DNA of 56,986 nt, the filler included, from Catajapyx aquilonaris (taxonomy: Eukaryota): NCBI GenBank assembly GCA_000934665.2. It is 3 parts of 3 records of this genome, joined end to end, with 100 filler letters (N's around TTAATTAATTAA, not from the genome) between each part and the next. Parts side by side here need not be neighbours in the genome. Positions count along the whole stretch, not along the records: positions 1 to 18,920 come from JYFJ02006574.1; 2 more parts are not named here. The stretch is one strand, 5' to 3'. Positions 1-12,767 of the stretch are shown in pieces; within the stretch, counting starts at the first letter, position 1, and each line of letters opens with the position of its first letter. The notes beneath the pieces are model-generated. The model did no database searches, had not been told where the DNA came from, and was given only the letters and a program-made list of their open reading frames with translations. Both the position numbers and the translations under genes were made by a program.

Positions 1-1
1 G

Positions 2-1744
2 GCCAGGAGACTGGACCCCTGCGCCACCTTCCTCTTCGCCTTCGGGACACTGGACACCTTGTCTCCTCTGGTGGTCCACGCGGCCACTCTTCACCTCGTG
101 GACACCGGAAGGGACAGGTTCCTCTTCTGGCCCAGGGACGGAGGTCTGGACACAGTCTTGATGCATCCCATCGCCCAACTCATGCTCTTTCAGGTCGGGA
201 TCCAGTTCGACCAGGACTCCAGCTCGCTCAAGGTCATGGCGAACTGTCACTATTGCGATCAGGGTAATCCCAAGGTGGTGCATGTCTCTCAGTATACACG
301 GGGTAGCATTTTACCGGAATTGTTCTCGGATTATTCTACCAATCTTCACGGTAAGGTAATTAACGGCACGGCCGCGTTTGACTTGTCCAAGGAAGAGTTT
401 CGGTACATGTTGGACAATTTATTGCCAATGTTTGGAACTTTTAATTTCATTCTCTTAACTAGTGATATCCTAAATTTTGATTGGGGTTTTTATGCGCTCC
501 AAATTGATGACGGTGAGATTCCTGAGATTGTGTTGCCTGATGGTAATTACTCCGGTCAAACTGGTGTCATTATCCATAGAAGGGCGGAGATTGGCATCAT
601 ACCCATAAGCTTGATTAGTTCCGTTGTGAAGGTTACATTACCTGTCTATTACGTGCAGGACACGTTTACCACCAGGACGTCAAGACCTAGTTACTCGTGG
701 AATTCTGTCTTGATGCCTTACACTCCTGAAATGTGGGTTATGATATTCGTGGCCACTTTGGCAGGCAGCTTTGTCCTTTTCGCCCTGCTAAGAATAGAGA
801 GCACTTTCCGCAACCCTTTTCCAGACAAGGGTCCGTCCTATTCCCTCTTCCTCTACTCGGCCAGATACCTGTTTTCCACCCTGATCGAGGAAAACCCCAA
901 CACCATCCCCCGAGGTGTCCCCTCCAGACTCTTCATCTCCTTCTGGTGGATTTATGCCCTGGTCATAATCATCGGATACGAAGCCTTGTACTTTGGCTTC
1001 TTAGCATCTCCACTGCAGGAGGATTTGCCCACCTCGTATCATGAACTCATCAACAGGCGTAAACAATGGCAATGGGGAACTATTACAATGTTTAAGCCTT
1101 ATTTAGCAGGTGTTTTCGGGGAAAATGATTTGGAATATATTAAACCTATTGCAAGAAACATGATCGATCAACCAGACTTCGCCACATGTTTACGCAAATC
1201 AATAAACGAAAATTATGCATGCATAGCTCCAGCGGACATACTGCTTGCAATGATGACGCAATTTGTAGACAAGGCGGGAAATATTCCATTGACCACCGCA
1301 AAAGACGCTAGTATATTAGTGTTAGTTGGATTCATTTTGGATAAACACAGCAAATTGGGTCCAATTCTTGATAGAATGGCATATCATTACATCGATTCAG
1401 GACTTATGGATTATCATGGCAAGTACTTGGAGTATACATGCCATCTGACAGGAATCAAGGACGCGCGGAAATTGGATAGATCTTACCAGCACTCAATGGC
1501 TTTGAATTTTGAACAACTGAGAAGTGTAATGGTTTTTCTTGCCACCTGTTGTTGGGGTTGTGGTATGTTCTTGTTCATTGGTGAAGTTATATATTATGCA
1601 AAAAAAATGCACAGTCTAGTTAAAAAGAGGAAGGACAAGGTTTTGCAGAAGATAGGGGATAGGGATAGGATGGATCGAGGGAAGATGAAGAAAAAAAGAG
1701 ACAGGGGAAGAGGGAAAACAGGGGAGGTGTGGTGGAAGAGATGA
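2..1744 (+). CDS. Divergent ionotropic receptor (IR, iGluR-related chemoreceptor), intronless, 5'-incomplete
   Basis: Frame is open from the window edge to TGA at 1744. It has an S1-like segment (GNYSGQTGVIIHRRAEIGI), pre-M1/M1 (SVLMPYTPEMWVMI), a pore region (PRGVPSRLFISFWWIYALVIIIGYEA), an S2 lobe (YIDSGLMDY) and M3 after ALNFEQLRSVMVFL. This is the ligand-gated channel layout of divergent IRs. Confidence 0.85.
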   Translation, partial: ARRLDPCATFLFAFGTLDTLSPLVVHAATLHLVDTGRDRFLFWPRDGGLDTVLMHPIAQLMLFQVGIQFDQDSSSLKVMANCHYCDQGNPKVVHVSQYTRGSILPELFSDYSTNLHGKVINGTAAFDLSKEEFRYMLDNLLPMFGTFNFILLTSDILNFDWGFYALQIDDGEIPEIVLPDGNYSGQTGVIIHRRAEIGIIPISLISSVVKVTLPVYYVQDTFTTRTSRPSYSWNSVLMPYTPEMWVMIFVATLAGSFVLFALLRIESTFRNPFPDKGPSYSLFLYSARYLFSTLIEENPNTIPRGVPSRLFISFWWIYALVIIIGYEALYFGFLASPLQEDLPTSYHELINRRKQWQWGTITMFKPYLAGVFGENDLEYIKPIARNMIDQPDFATCLRKSINENYACIAPADILLAMMTQFVDKAGNIPLTTAKDASILVLVGFILDKHSKLGPILDRMAYHYIDSGLMDYHGKYLEYTCHLTGIKDARKLDRSYQHSMALNFEQLRSVMVFLATCCWGCGMFLFIGEVIYYAKKMHSLVKKRKDKVLQKIGDRDRMDRGKMKKKRDRGRGKTGEVWWKR

Positions 1745-1961
1745 AGTGAGGGGGCAGAAAGATAATTTATGTAGTATTGTAGTATTGTACTGTATTCTAG
1801 TGTCGCAGTGTATTATATTATTGTATTCTAGTGTAGTAGTGTATTATATTATTGTATTATGTTTGGCAAAATAAATTGTAGAGGGTCGGCCATGCGGCAC
1901 GAGCCGCAGGCCGACCCTGGAATAAATAAACGCTACAACAACAACAACAACAACAATATCC
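1612..1961 (+). mobile_element. Probable 5'-truncated non-LTR retrotransposon 3' end inserted in the IR C-terminus
   Basis: Purine-rich tract, GTATT-rich repeats, strong hairpin at 1882-1918 (agggtcggcc-a-tgcggc-acga-gccgca-ggccgaccct), AATAAA and a (CAA)n tail. Flanked by the direct repeat AAAATGCA at 1604-1611 and 1962-1969. Confidence 0.55.
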
Positions 1962-2495
1962 AAAATGCATTACAGAATAATAATAACATCGAAACCTCGT
2001 AATAGAAAGTAATATGTTCCATTCATGGAACTTATGATTGTTATAGGCTATGCATTGTGTTGTCTGTATGCATTTTATTCTCATTGCACAAATACTACTT
2101 ACAATTAAAGGGTTTGGTGCTGTTCACCTCAGGCTACTTTTGTCTGGACCTAGTCCAGTGTGGTCTGCGTGGTTTGGTAGTATTTTCGTGTACACATGTC
2201 CCAGTCCCAAGAGTCTGCTGTACTTTTAACTCGCCGCAGCGACCAACTAGTGTAAAATAGAAATCATATCAATTTTTGATGACCTCCAGGGAAAGCTGCT
2301 TCCAGCGTAGGATGGCATCAGTCAGCAGGGATTCCATTCAGAGGTGAGAGAGACCATTTTCACCAGTCAGTGCTTTCAAACGTGTCGGAAATGTTGCCTA
2401 TAGCACTAGGGATCTAGGGATAGTCCGTTGTCAGAATTAAAAAAGAAAATGGATCCGGATCCGGCGAAATCAGACGTGAACACTGCCAAGTATGC

Positions 2496-2780
2496 CTACA
2501 ATATATCCTGCTCTATATGCCCTCAGACGACGTCATTGTAGTAACACTGCTTGTTAGGCCAACTGGTGTCGTCACAACATCCTCGACCTTTTGATCCCCT
2601 TTGAATTGAGCAAGTACAAGGTAAGTGGTTACAGCTCCCACCGCCTGAGGAGTGAATGCATATCACTGTTCAATTATTATGATCTTCAGGAAGTTACACA
2701 ACACAACTTACAGAGGTCAGAAGGCCACGATTGACTGTGAAGTAACTGGCCGCTGTTATCTCCATGGGAGGACCAGTCAA
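2496..2780 (-). pseudogene. Gustatory receptor fragment (last two exons only)
   Basis: TGPPMEITAASYFTVNRGLLTS|gtaagt...cag|AVGAVTTYLVLAQFKG; one codon is missing from the TYLIVLAQF motif and no upstream exons are visible. Confidence 0.8.
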
Positions 2781-3362
2781 GGTTCGTGACTCCCTCTAGT
2801 GTTTAAAAATAATTGAGTAACGCAATGATGATGTTCTTGACACTGGTTGCTAGAAAAAACAGTGAATCTATCAGTTATTAGTGATGAAGCCAATAGTGAC
2901 AGTATTGTTTGAGGACACTATGCTCACCTCTTGCGTGTTGGAGACTGACCAATCGATACTGAGAAATGATGCAGCACATTCATTGGAGCAGTAGTTGGCC
3001 CTCCTGCACTGATCGGATTATTAGTGACTGTCGGCAACAATCATCCTGAATGAACCGCCACCCGTCATGCACAAGAGACTCTTGCGTGTCTCAGAACAGT
3101 CAGGATAACACTTTATTTTGTTGCGAGTAGCCTATACTGACATTTCCTTACACAGCAATTATTTGTAGGCTATTAATACTGTACTTGATATTTCTAAGTT
3201 TGCAAAACATTAATATTCAGTGTCAGAAATACACAATCGCCAATAAAATCCAAAACTATCATTTACATTGCAGAAGCATTGCTAAAGTGCAAAGTAGATC
3301 TATAGAATTTTCTGCTCTATTTTTCTTCAGCTGGAGTCATCACAGTAACACCACTTGTTAGG

Positions 3363-4190
3363 TCAACAGTATGTTGTGGTCACAATGTTATCAACCTTTT
3401 CAGCTCCTTTGAACTGAGCAAGTACTATGAGGTATGTGGTTACAGCTCCCACCACCTGTAGAGTGAATTAAATATATTGTTAAATTATGGGCGTTGTCAA
3501 GGTACAAACACAACTCACGGAGGTCAGGAGGTCACGGTTGACCGCGAAGTAACTGGCTGCAGTTACCTCCATGGGAGGACCAGTCATCTTTACGATCAGT
3601 GATTCTATCTGTAAGATTATAATATAACTTATATGCATAATGAGAAAAAGAGGCGACTTTGACTGAAGCCTATAAAATTATGTAATGCTCAAAAAATCAC
3701 TTACGTCTGCCTTGATGGTTGGATTGACTATACGACGATTAGTGTTTATTAGATCAGGCAGGGATCTCGTGCTCTGAAAATAGTAAAAACATTGCATATA
3801 GGCCTAGGCGAAAATCGGTGAATTTGTTCCCACATTTGGGTTACTTTTGTTTGTGCAAAAATGTAGTTAATCCACGGACCAAATACAGAAACCATATTCA
3901 TAACTGCAGTGGTCATTTTCGCTGTGGGGCTTCTTTCTATTATATGGCTTCATTAGTCATATTATTATTGGAGAAAAAAATGAGTATGGCGAGGTAAGTG
4001 GCGATTAATATCAAATGAACCATTGTTGGCCACCGTCTGCACCACTTCCCTTTATGATCATTCTTATTCTTGGGCCACGGAAAAGGAGCCATTCCTCCGA
4101 CCACTGACAAGATAGCCACTGGTCTCAACACTTCCCAAAAATGTTTTCGTTCCTTGTGTCACCTGATAAGGATGACCACAAAATAAACAT
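3363..4190 (-). pseudogene. Gustatory receptor pseudogene with large exon-1 deletion
   Basis: Exons 3705-3773, 3519-3608 and 3363-3456 (TTYLIVLAQF) are intact with GT-AG sites. Exon 1 (WEVLRPVAILSVVGGMAPFPWP) has a stop at 3940 and homology breaks off near 3808, so over half of exon 1 is lost. Confidence 0.85.
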
Positions 4191-4484
4191 GGATTCTGTA
4201 CGACTCTGGTTTTATTACTTTTGTCACCGAAGGCCACAACACAAGGAACGGTTAGATACAAGGAGAGCGAGGTCAGGACGGCAGCAGGAGGGACCAGTTG
4301 CCAGGGATTGGATCCCCCGGCAAAAGGCCTCACACATAGGTGGCTGGAAGGGGGGTTTTATAGAGCAGGGTGAGCACAATGGATGATGGGTATATGAAGT
4401 GGTGAGGTAGGACAAAATGATGCATGTACAATGTTATCAAATCTTACATCACTGTCACTCTCGTATATGTACAACACAACTTAC

Positions 4485-5764
4485 AGAGGTGATGAGGCCA
4501 CGATTGACGGTGAAGTAACTGGCAGCAGTTATTTCCATGGGAGGACCTATCATCATCTCCACTAATGATTTGATCTGAAGTCAAATACCTTGTAGTTATT
4601 TGTAATTAGTTTGGTGTTGTAATGAATCCAATTCACTTACGTCTGCTTTGCGTTGATCAGGTCATGCAAGGACACTGTGCTCTGAAAATGTAATAACACG
4701 TACTCTTACAGGTTTGTGTAATAAATAACATTTCAGGCAGAGTCAGTCAATTGAGATAATTTTCAGGGGTGCAGCCGCTGTATATACCTGTCGTGGAATG
4801 GATCCTAACACAATGGCAACGGCGGCCGCTGGGGACGTCATGGTGCAGATTCCAATAACCCAAAACACTGTCATAAGAGGGGGATAGCTTGAAGGCAAAA
4901 AGAAATAGAACAAGGTACTCGTCATCCATACAACAAATATCAACAAAATACTCATTAAAGGAAGTCCATAAATGCTGTCCATGAGGTTCACCAAGGATAC
5001 CAGTTCGTGGAAATGGTCGGCGAGACACCTTGTGCCCCGAATCACTCTCTCACTGTTGCCATCATCCAGTGTGTGAATAAAGAGTGTGTGATTACAAATT
5101 CTGGTTATTTCGCTGTTAAAATATTACCAACGAGACTGGTGGACGAGCACCAAAAATATCAACTGAACAGGAACCACGAACAACAAGAAATAAGAGTGAA
5201 CAAATAACAATATCTCAAATAAGTCATAAGGCTTATACAGAGTTACAGACCTTCAATCAAGAGATTAACGATCCATTTTGACTCTATCACAAAAGGGAGG
5301 GAAAAACCAGCGATAACCAGTAGCATCGAAAAAATTCGCAAAGTTTTCTTGTGAATTGTCACGTCCTGATTTGAGAATCGGTGAATCAGTCTCCACATTT
5401 GGGTGACTTTAGTTTGAACCAGGATGTAGTTGAGCCAAGGTGCACCAAGTGTCACTGCATCGCTGATCAGGCCACATATGTGTCGAGTCATACTCTTCGA
5501 TTTATTTGTGCTGATCCAGCGCTTCGGTGGATAACAGCTGAGTATGGCGATGTAAGTGACAAGCAATGAAAAATGCACCATTGTTAGCCACCGTCCGAAC
5601 CACTAAATTATGTCCCGCTTTTTTCTTGGCCACGGAAAAGGAGCGATTCCTCCAACCACTGACAGGATGGCCACTGGTCGGAACACTTCCCAAAACGAAC
5701 TTTGACCTTCCTGCTGTAGCTTTTTCTCCACCGAAATCACTCTATTCGCCATCCTCACGAACAT
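4485..5764 (-). pseudogene. Gustatory receptor pseudogene, inverted duplicate of the 6775 gene
   Basis: Same ATG context (MFVRMANRVIS) as 6775. In-frame TAG near 5603, small insertion giving TAA and a frameshift at 5243, and no final TYLIVLAQF exon after the donor at 4484. Confidence 0.88.
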
Positions 5765-6774
5765 GGTGATTCGAACTCAATGCACAACTCACGTAACACT
5801 GTCCCCGTTTTTTTTTGTATTTTTCGCAATGTCTGCGAGGCATATCGATCGAATATTCAGCTATGGCGTGTCAGACCTCTGAACACCTGCGAGGTGACAT
5901 ATCTTTCACAATTCACAAGACTTGGTGAATATTAATTATTATAGAGACACATTTACGTGCATGAGAGTTTGTGAAGACACTTTCATGCGACTCTTTCCCA
6001 ACAGACAGTTAAATTAATGATCGGTCTCTGGACCATGATTCAACAAATTAAAATTTTCAACTTAAAAATCTTGAAGTAACGGGCAACAGTTATCTTCATG
6101 GAAAGCCCTGATGTCCTCCTGATTAAAATGACTGCACTTGAGCGAATTGACCCGGGAGACACGTCTGGGAAAATTAATATCTTTATATCTAATATTCTCG
6201 ATGCGAGTCATATAACACAAGTTGCAATGTATTTTGGAAGTTGCCCACTGGATTTGTTGGATTGTTATTTCATGTTGACTGTGTTCCTCACACAATTAAT
6301 GTCATTAATACTTCTTGTCCACCAGTCACGTCTGTAATTTTCAAACGATCAAATGAGGTAAATGCGCAATTTCCTTCCGACAAATGCAATAGATGACCAA
6401 CCTGATGACAGAATAAGAGAAATGCAGTCAACACTTTTAGGCGAAAGGTTTAATTTATAGACTATACAATATCAGTGCAGAAAAGTTTATTTAACCACCT
6501 GTTGGGAGAGAATAGGCATTAAAGTACCTTCGCGAACAGAAATATTTCTGTTATTTTCCATGGTGTGCATGAATATGATGGGCGTGACTGTCTCTCGGAG
6601 GTGATAGATCGTCCTCAACTCTAATGGACTGCGCAAGGCGTCATTTTGCAGGTGTATATTATAGTGGTCTGACATCCCATAGCTGCAAACATTCGGTCAA
6701 AATACTAAAAACATGCCTCGCAGACATGGAATAAAGACAGTGTTGCGGAAGTTGTGCATTGAGTTCGAGTCACC

Positions 6775-8224
6775 ATGTTCGTGAGGATGGCTAATCGAGT
6801 AATTTCGTTGAAGGAAAAGGGACAGCAGGAAGGTCAAAGTGCGTTTTGGGAAGTATTCCGACCAGTGGCCATCCTGTCAGTGGTTGGAAAAATCGCTCCT
6901 TTTCCGTGGCCAAAGAACAAGCGGGACTTAAAGCGGTTCGGAAGGTGGCCAACAAGGGTGCATTTTGCATTACTTGTCACTTACATCGCCATACTCAGCT
7001 GTTATCCACCGAAGCGCTGGATCAGCACAAAGAAATCGAAGAGTATGACGCGACACATATGTGGCTTGATCAGCGATGCAGTGACACTTGGTGCACCTTG
7101 GCTCAACTACATCCTGGTTCAAACTAAAGTCACCCAAATGTGGAGACTGATTCACCGATTCTCAAATCAGGACGTGACAATTCACAAGAAAACTTTGCGA
7201 ATTTTTTCGATGCTACTGGTTATCGCTGGTTTTTCCCTCCCTTTTGTGATAGAGTCAAAATGGATTGTTAATCTATTCATTGAAGGTCTGTATAAGCCTT
7301 ATGATTTGTTTGAGATATTGTTATATGTTCACTCTTATTTCTTGCTGTTCGTGGTTCCTCTCCAGTTGATATTCCTGGTTCTCGTCCACAAGTCTCGTCT
7401 GCAATATTTTAACCGAGAAATAACTAGAATTTGCAATCACACGCTGTTTATTGACGCACTGCAAGATGGCAACAGTGAGAGAGTGATTAGGACCACAAGG
7501 TGTCTCGCCGACCTTTTTCACGAGCTGGGCTCATTGTCGAATCTCATGGACAGCATTTATGGACTTCCTTTAATGAGTATTTTCTTGATATTTGTTGTAT
7601 GGATCACGAGCACCCTCTTCTATTTCATTTTGCCTTCAATCCATCCTCCTATTATGACAGTGTTTTGGTTTATTGGTATATGCACCATGACGTTCTCAGC
7701 TGCCGTCTTTGCCATTGTGTTGGGATCCATTCCACGACAGGTGTGATATAGAGCTGCACGCCTGAAAATTACGTAAATTAGCAGACCTTGCGTGAAATAT
7801 TAATTACCTAATAATATTCCATGCTGTTAATAATATATTTACAGAGCACAGTGTCCTTGCGTGACCTCATCAACGCAAAGCGCCATGTATTCAATCCACA
7901 CATCAAAGCAAAAGTAAGTGCATTATTGCCTTCATTGAAACATCAAATTAACTGAATAATTACTGTGAAGTATTTTACTTCAGATCAAATCATTGGTCGA
8001 GATGATGACAGGTCCTCCCATGGAGATAACTGCTGCCAATTACTTCACTGTCAATCGCGGCCTCGTGACCTCTGTAAGTTGTTGTGTAATATTTTCTAAG
8101 CCCATTAAGCTCTGACATTTGATTCACCCTGTAGATTGTTGGAGCTGTGACGACTTACCTCATAGTTTTGGCTCAGTTCAACGTAGCTGAAGGACCCCAT
8201 GCATCGGCTAACAAAACGATATAA
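6775..8224 (+). CDS. Gustatory receptor (7TM chemoreceptor), intact, 404 aa; exons 6775-7740, 7845-7913, 7984-8073, 8135-8224
   Basis: Long first exon with multiple hydrophobic helices, then three phase-0 GT-AG introns. C-terminal motifs ITAANYFTVNRGLVTS and TTYLIVLAQF match the GR TYhhhhhQF signature. Confidence 0.92.
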
Positions 8225-9027
8225 TGCACCTCCATTAACGAAAAATAATTGCACATAAAAGAGACACGTCACGTATATGTAGTGTACAGTACAGAAATAT
8301 GGTATTGAAATTATGGCACTTTTTTAAAAAAATTGTACGCTTTTTCAAATACAGAGAAACGTGATATTCTACCACATTTAGCCTGAGTTGTCCAGAAATA
8401 TATTTACTCCTCATTGCGTCTTCACTTAAGTAATAAATTCACTAGAACATTGACCCGTACTCCTGACACGAAATAACGACGTAATTGCCGTGCATGCAAC
8501 CATCCGTGATCCGTTGCATTGACCGGTTTCGCAACACTTTCACTACCTTATCTTTCAATACGAGCATGACAAGGAAAAATGTTTTATAGGTGTAAGTCAG
8601 ACGTTGGGAAAACTTCTGAAAAATAATTATTAGAAGGCTACTAGGAAGCCTCCTTAAAATAGAGAGATATGTATTTTATCAGCGCATTTGGGTGGGATGC
8701 TTATCGCCACGGAACATTGAGCCTCGTTTTAGGGGCAGTCAATAATTATTTAGACAGTAAAGATTTTCACACGGATGACCATTTCTGGAGTCAGGGGATG
8801 ATTTTGTGCAAAAAATGAGTTGTGAAAATTGCGAGTTCGAGTGTAATAGAATTCTGCTGAAGAGCAGAGAGAGGAATAAAATGCTAGAATGCTACTCCTA
8901 GTATTTTATTGGTGGTAGCCCCTAAGTAAGACCGTAGCATGGATTTCAACAATGAAGTTTTTCAACATCTTGTTACGTTTTTTTTATTCGCCCTAACTCA
9001 AGTTCTGCTTTAGGTAGAGCTTCCAAA

Positions 9028-9222
9028 TTTTGAACACAGATCCCCACCGTCCGTCGTGACGTGCATTCCTACTATTTACGTCTAAACTCCATGTCTGTTC
9101 AAAACCCCGTAAAAAATAAAAAAACTACAAAATAATGCGTTTTTATTTATTTGCTTTCGGAATTTGGTTTCTTCATCAAAGGGCCGAATGCGCAGTAGGA
9201 TGGTGCAGATCTGTGTTCAAAA
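9028..9222. repeat. Short degenerate inverted repeat, possible MITE remnant
   Basis: ttttgaacacagatc..caccgtcc near 9028 is the reverse complement of ggatggtgcagatctgtgttcaaaa ending near 9222. Confidence 0.35.
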
Positions 9223-9290
9223 CCTCACAGTTCCTCCTCCTACAGGATTGACGTTATGATTTTTTCCCTTCCATTTTTTCCGTCATTACA

Positions 9291-10366
9291 TTAGTCATCA
9301 CCTAGCGCACTAAATAGCTGTAAGGCAACCGATAAGTATTTGACCTTTAATTTCACCATTAGTGGAAGGATAGCATTAGTTGCCACCATGCCTCTAGCAA
9401 CAAAATAGCTAGCCGTGTTATTAAATTTTGTTGAGGTATAAAAAGGTACACCAAGATACTTGTAATTGATTGTTATTTGTAACGGTTTGTCTACCCAATG
9501 GAATTTATCTGCAGTAGCTGGTCTCCCTCCTTTCTTAAATATCATCACATGTGTCTTGTCAGCATTAACGTGCAGGCCATTATTACCTAAATTGTGCGTC
9601 TATCTGTCGTTGTAAGTAGGCTACAGACGATTCTGCGCAAGTAGCACGACGTCATCAGCATACTGAAGAAAGTGAATTTCCTAGGTATTTGGTCCAAAGT
9701 TAACTCCCGGTATACTTTGTTGCTCAAAAATATCTTTCATATCCGCCATAAAGAGATTAAATAGGACTGGACTCAGTGATTATCCTTGCAAGACTCCAGT
9801 TTTTATAGCGATCGGCTCTTCACTGCTACTCATTGAAATCGATGCTTGGTCATATAACGATCTGAGTATTTTCGAAAAATTATTATTCCCAATACAGTAT
9901 TTATTTAGTTTACAAAACAACAATGAGTCAACCGAGTCAAAAGCTTTTGAAAGGTCCAGAAATAAAGTGTAAAGTTTACCAGATCTCTTGACCGTATATT
10001 TTTGTGCCAATACCGATAAGGTGAAAGTCAAATCACTGCAGCTTTTGCCAGGTCTAAAATCATATATTCCAGTAACGAAGGTAATGTAAATTTTAAGGCA
10101 GCTATTTCTGAACATATGACCGCCATTTTGTTTTGGGGATAGGTGTCAGGTGGCTCCCCTTCCTAAAGGTTGACAATATAGGTGTGGGCATGATGTATGC
10201 CAAGTTTTGGTGTTCTCCTCATAAAGTGCAGTTTTCTTATGAAAAATGTTGCTTGCCTAGGCGACCATATTGGAACCATGTCTTCAAGTTGAGTTTTGCA
10301 AGTCTCGTCATATCGCCGTCTTGTCGTTACAAATAAGTAATGGAATGGATATGATCTTTCTCGCAT
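9291..10366 (-). mobile_element. Degenerate non-LTR retrotransposon reverse transcriptase fragment (RTEX/L2-like)
   Basis: RT motifs appear in order across stops and frameshifts: FRPGKSCSD, LFLDLSKAFDSVD, GVLQG.LSPVLFNLFM, FLQYADDVVLL, KTHVMIFKKGGR, YKYLGVPF. The clade call is tentative. Confidence 0.88.
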
Positions 10367-11295
10367 GTACAGTAGTAGCCTGAAAAAAACACTAGGCTAT
10401 ACACTTTCAATGGTAAGTAACATAAATAGGCCAGTTTTGGAGAAGGTTTATTAGTCGTCCCTTACAAGTAGCAATGGACTATTAGTCTATTACGCTTTAC
10501 GCATAGCGGCAAGTCGTCACAAGCGTGATGAGCATTCTCGCGGAAAAGAAACACACCGTAGCAACTGTCGATGTCGGTAGGTCATCAAAGGGGCGAAATA
10601 GTTCTGACAGCTCGATGAAGGAAAATTTAACAGGCACTATTTTCATCTTACATCAATATCAACAGCTTCCACTACTAATATTGTTGATCTCAGAATAAAT
10701 CCAACTATCCTGGAAGGCATCCTCTGTCGATGATGTACGAGTAAATGCACGAAGACATGCGAGGCGTCAGCAACATATTAATGATGAAAAGGTAAAGGTA
10801 TTATTTAGCGTGCTGATCAATACTATCGTGAAACATCTGATAGTGTAGACTAGAATATTAAACACTTAGCCGTGAAGATCGCACCTGACACACCTATAGA
10901 GCTCCATATTTGATAAAAAGAGATTCATCTTTATTAAATTCCCACATCAATAGGTTCGTGGCCGAGACATCGTCATAAAAGGTTTTTAAATAATTTAGTA
11001 GGCCTACCTCTCAGGAAAGGCCAGACGTCACCAGTAAGCAGCAAACAGTAAATAAGAGTGAATAGGACTATACAGTGATCATCGGATATTCCAAGTTACA
11101 TAATAACTACATGACAAGGTTAGGTGTTGCGTCATTACCTGGTGATGAAGGATGCCAATCATTATTAGGAAATATCAGCCTTCATGTAGCACACCATGTA
11201 GGTTAAGTAAAAATAATAAAGAGAAGAAAAGCAGGTCTCAATCATATCTATGGACATTCTTTCCTCGACTCTGCCAATAAACTCCACCAGCACCA

Positions 11296-12767
11296 TTATG
11301 GTTCTTCTGACCCCTTGAATTGAGCCAGGACAATGAGGCACGTAGTCGCAAATCCGGCCATCTTTGGAGAAAAAAAGAGAGAAAAGTGTTAAAGGAAAAT
11401 TGGCATGTCACTGAATGTATTCATTGATTTGTAATTCATTGATTCAGGCGGTAACTTTTATCCCCTCGGGTAAAAGGGTACATTATACTATAATATTGAA
11501 GACATATTGACAACTTACCGAAGTCAAGAGGCCGCGGTTGATGGAAAAGTATCCACCGGCAGTAATCACAATGGAAGGCCCTGTCATCTTCTGGACGAGT
11601 GCTTCAATCTGATACAAATGGTGAAATTTTTTGTTATTGATACTATAAGAAGTAATAAGCAGGAACACTTACGTGAGCCTTGATGTTTGGATTGGTAACC
11701 AGAGGGCTTGCACTTAACAAATGAGTCAGAGACCGTGTGCTCTGAAAATATGAATTATTAATAACTGCACGATGACCCCTGCAAAAATGATGACATACTT
11801 GCGATGGTATGGATCCCAGGATCAAAGTAAATGCAATTATTGATATCAGTGTGGCTCCGGTGAAGGTAATTAATGCCGCTGTGTCCAACACACTAACAAA
11901 TGGCACCAAGAGCAACTCAGAAATCGAGCATATTACCCGCACTGCATTCATAAAGTAAGCAGCCAGAATGCACATTCCATAAACGCTGTCCATGTTTTCC
12001 ACTACGAAGCACAGTTCGTAATATTTACGAAAAAGCAACTCTATATTTTCGCCAAAAATCTCATTCGCTTTCTGCCTATGTCCCGATGAGGACAAAAATA
12101 ATGAATCGCACGTATTAATAATTTTCTCACTTAATTCGTTCAGCAATTCCCAGACAACAATCGCCAGAAATGCCACCTGAGTGGGGATCAAATGAGACAA
12201 AAAGTAGCAGTGCCACATGAAGAATAAATTCAATGTGTTCCTAAGCTCGAATGGGCTGGAAAACGCAAAACTTTTGATAATTAAGTTAATTACTTCCAAT
12301 AAAGGCAGAAGGACGCTGACAGTCACCAATATCAGTGAACGCTTGTGAAGGGGTTTCTTATGCCTGCTGAGATCAAGCTGAGAGAAGCGATGAAGCAGCT
12401 TCCACACTCTCCTCACTCTTCCTTGGATCCAAATGTAACTCATCCATGGAGTAGCACAGACTACGATCAGAAGAATCATCACTTTTGACCGTCGTGTAGC
12501 ATTGAATTTGGCGATTTGTTCCCACGTCGACGGTGGGAAGTAGATGTATGTAGTGACAGACAGGATCAGAATAATGAAGTGCACCATTGCAGGCCACCGT
12601 TGGTACCACTTCCAACTCTGCTTTTCCCTGGGCCAATAAGGGCAAGGAGCGATTCCTCCAAAGGTGGCCAAGATTCCCAATGGTCTGAACGCGGTCCAAA
12701 AGGCGTCATATTGGCCATTATTGTCTCCAGACTTAACACAAACAACGGTAGATCTTCTGCCAAACAT
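11296..12767 (-). CDS. Gustatory receptor, intact, 397 aa; exons 12767-11799, 11741-11673, 11608-11519, 11361-11296
   Basis: First in-frame ATG at 12767 aligns with the 6775 paralogue. The same three phase-0 introns are present, with motifs ITAGGYFSINRGLLTS and TTCLIVLAQF. Confidence 0.88.
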
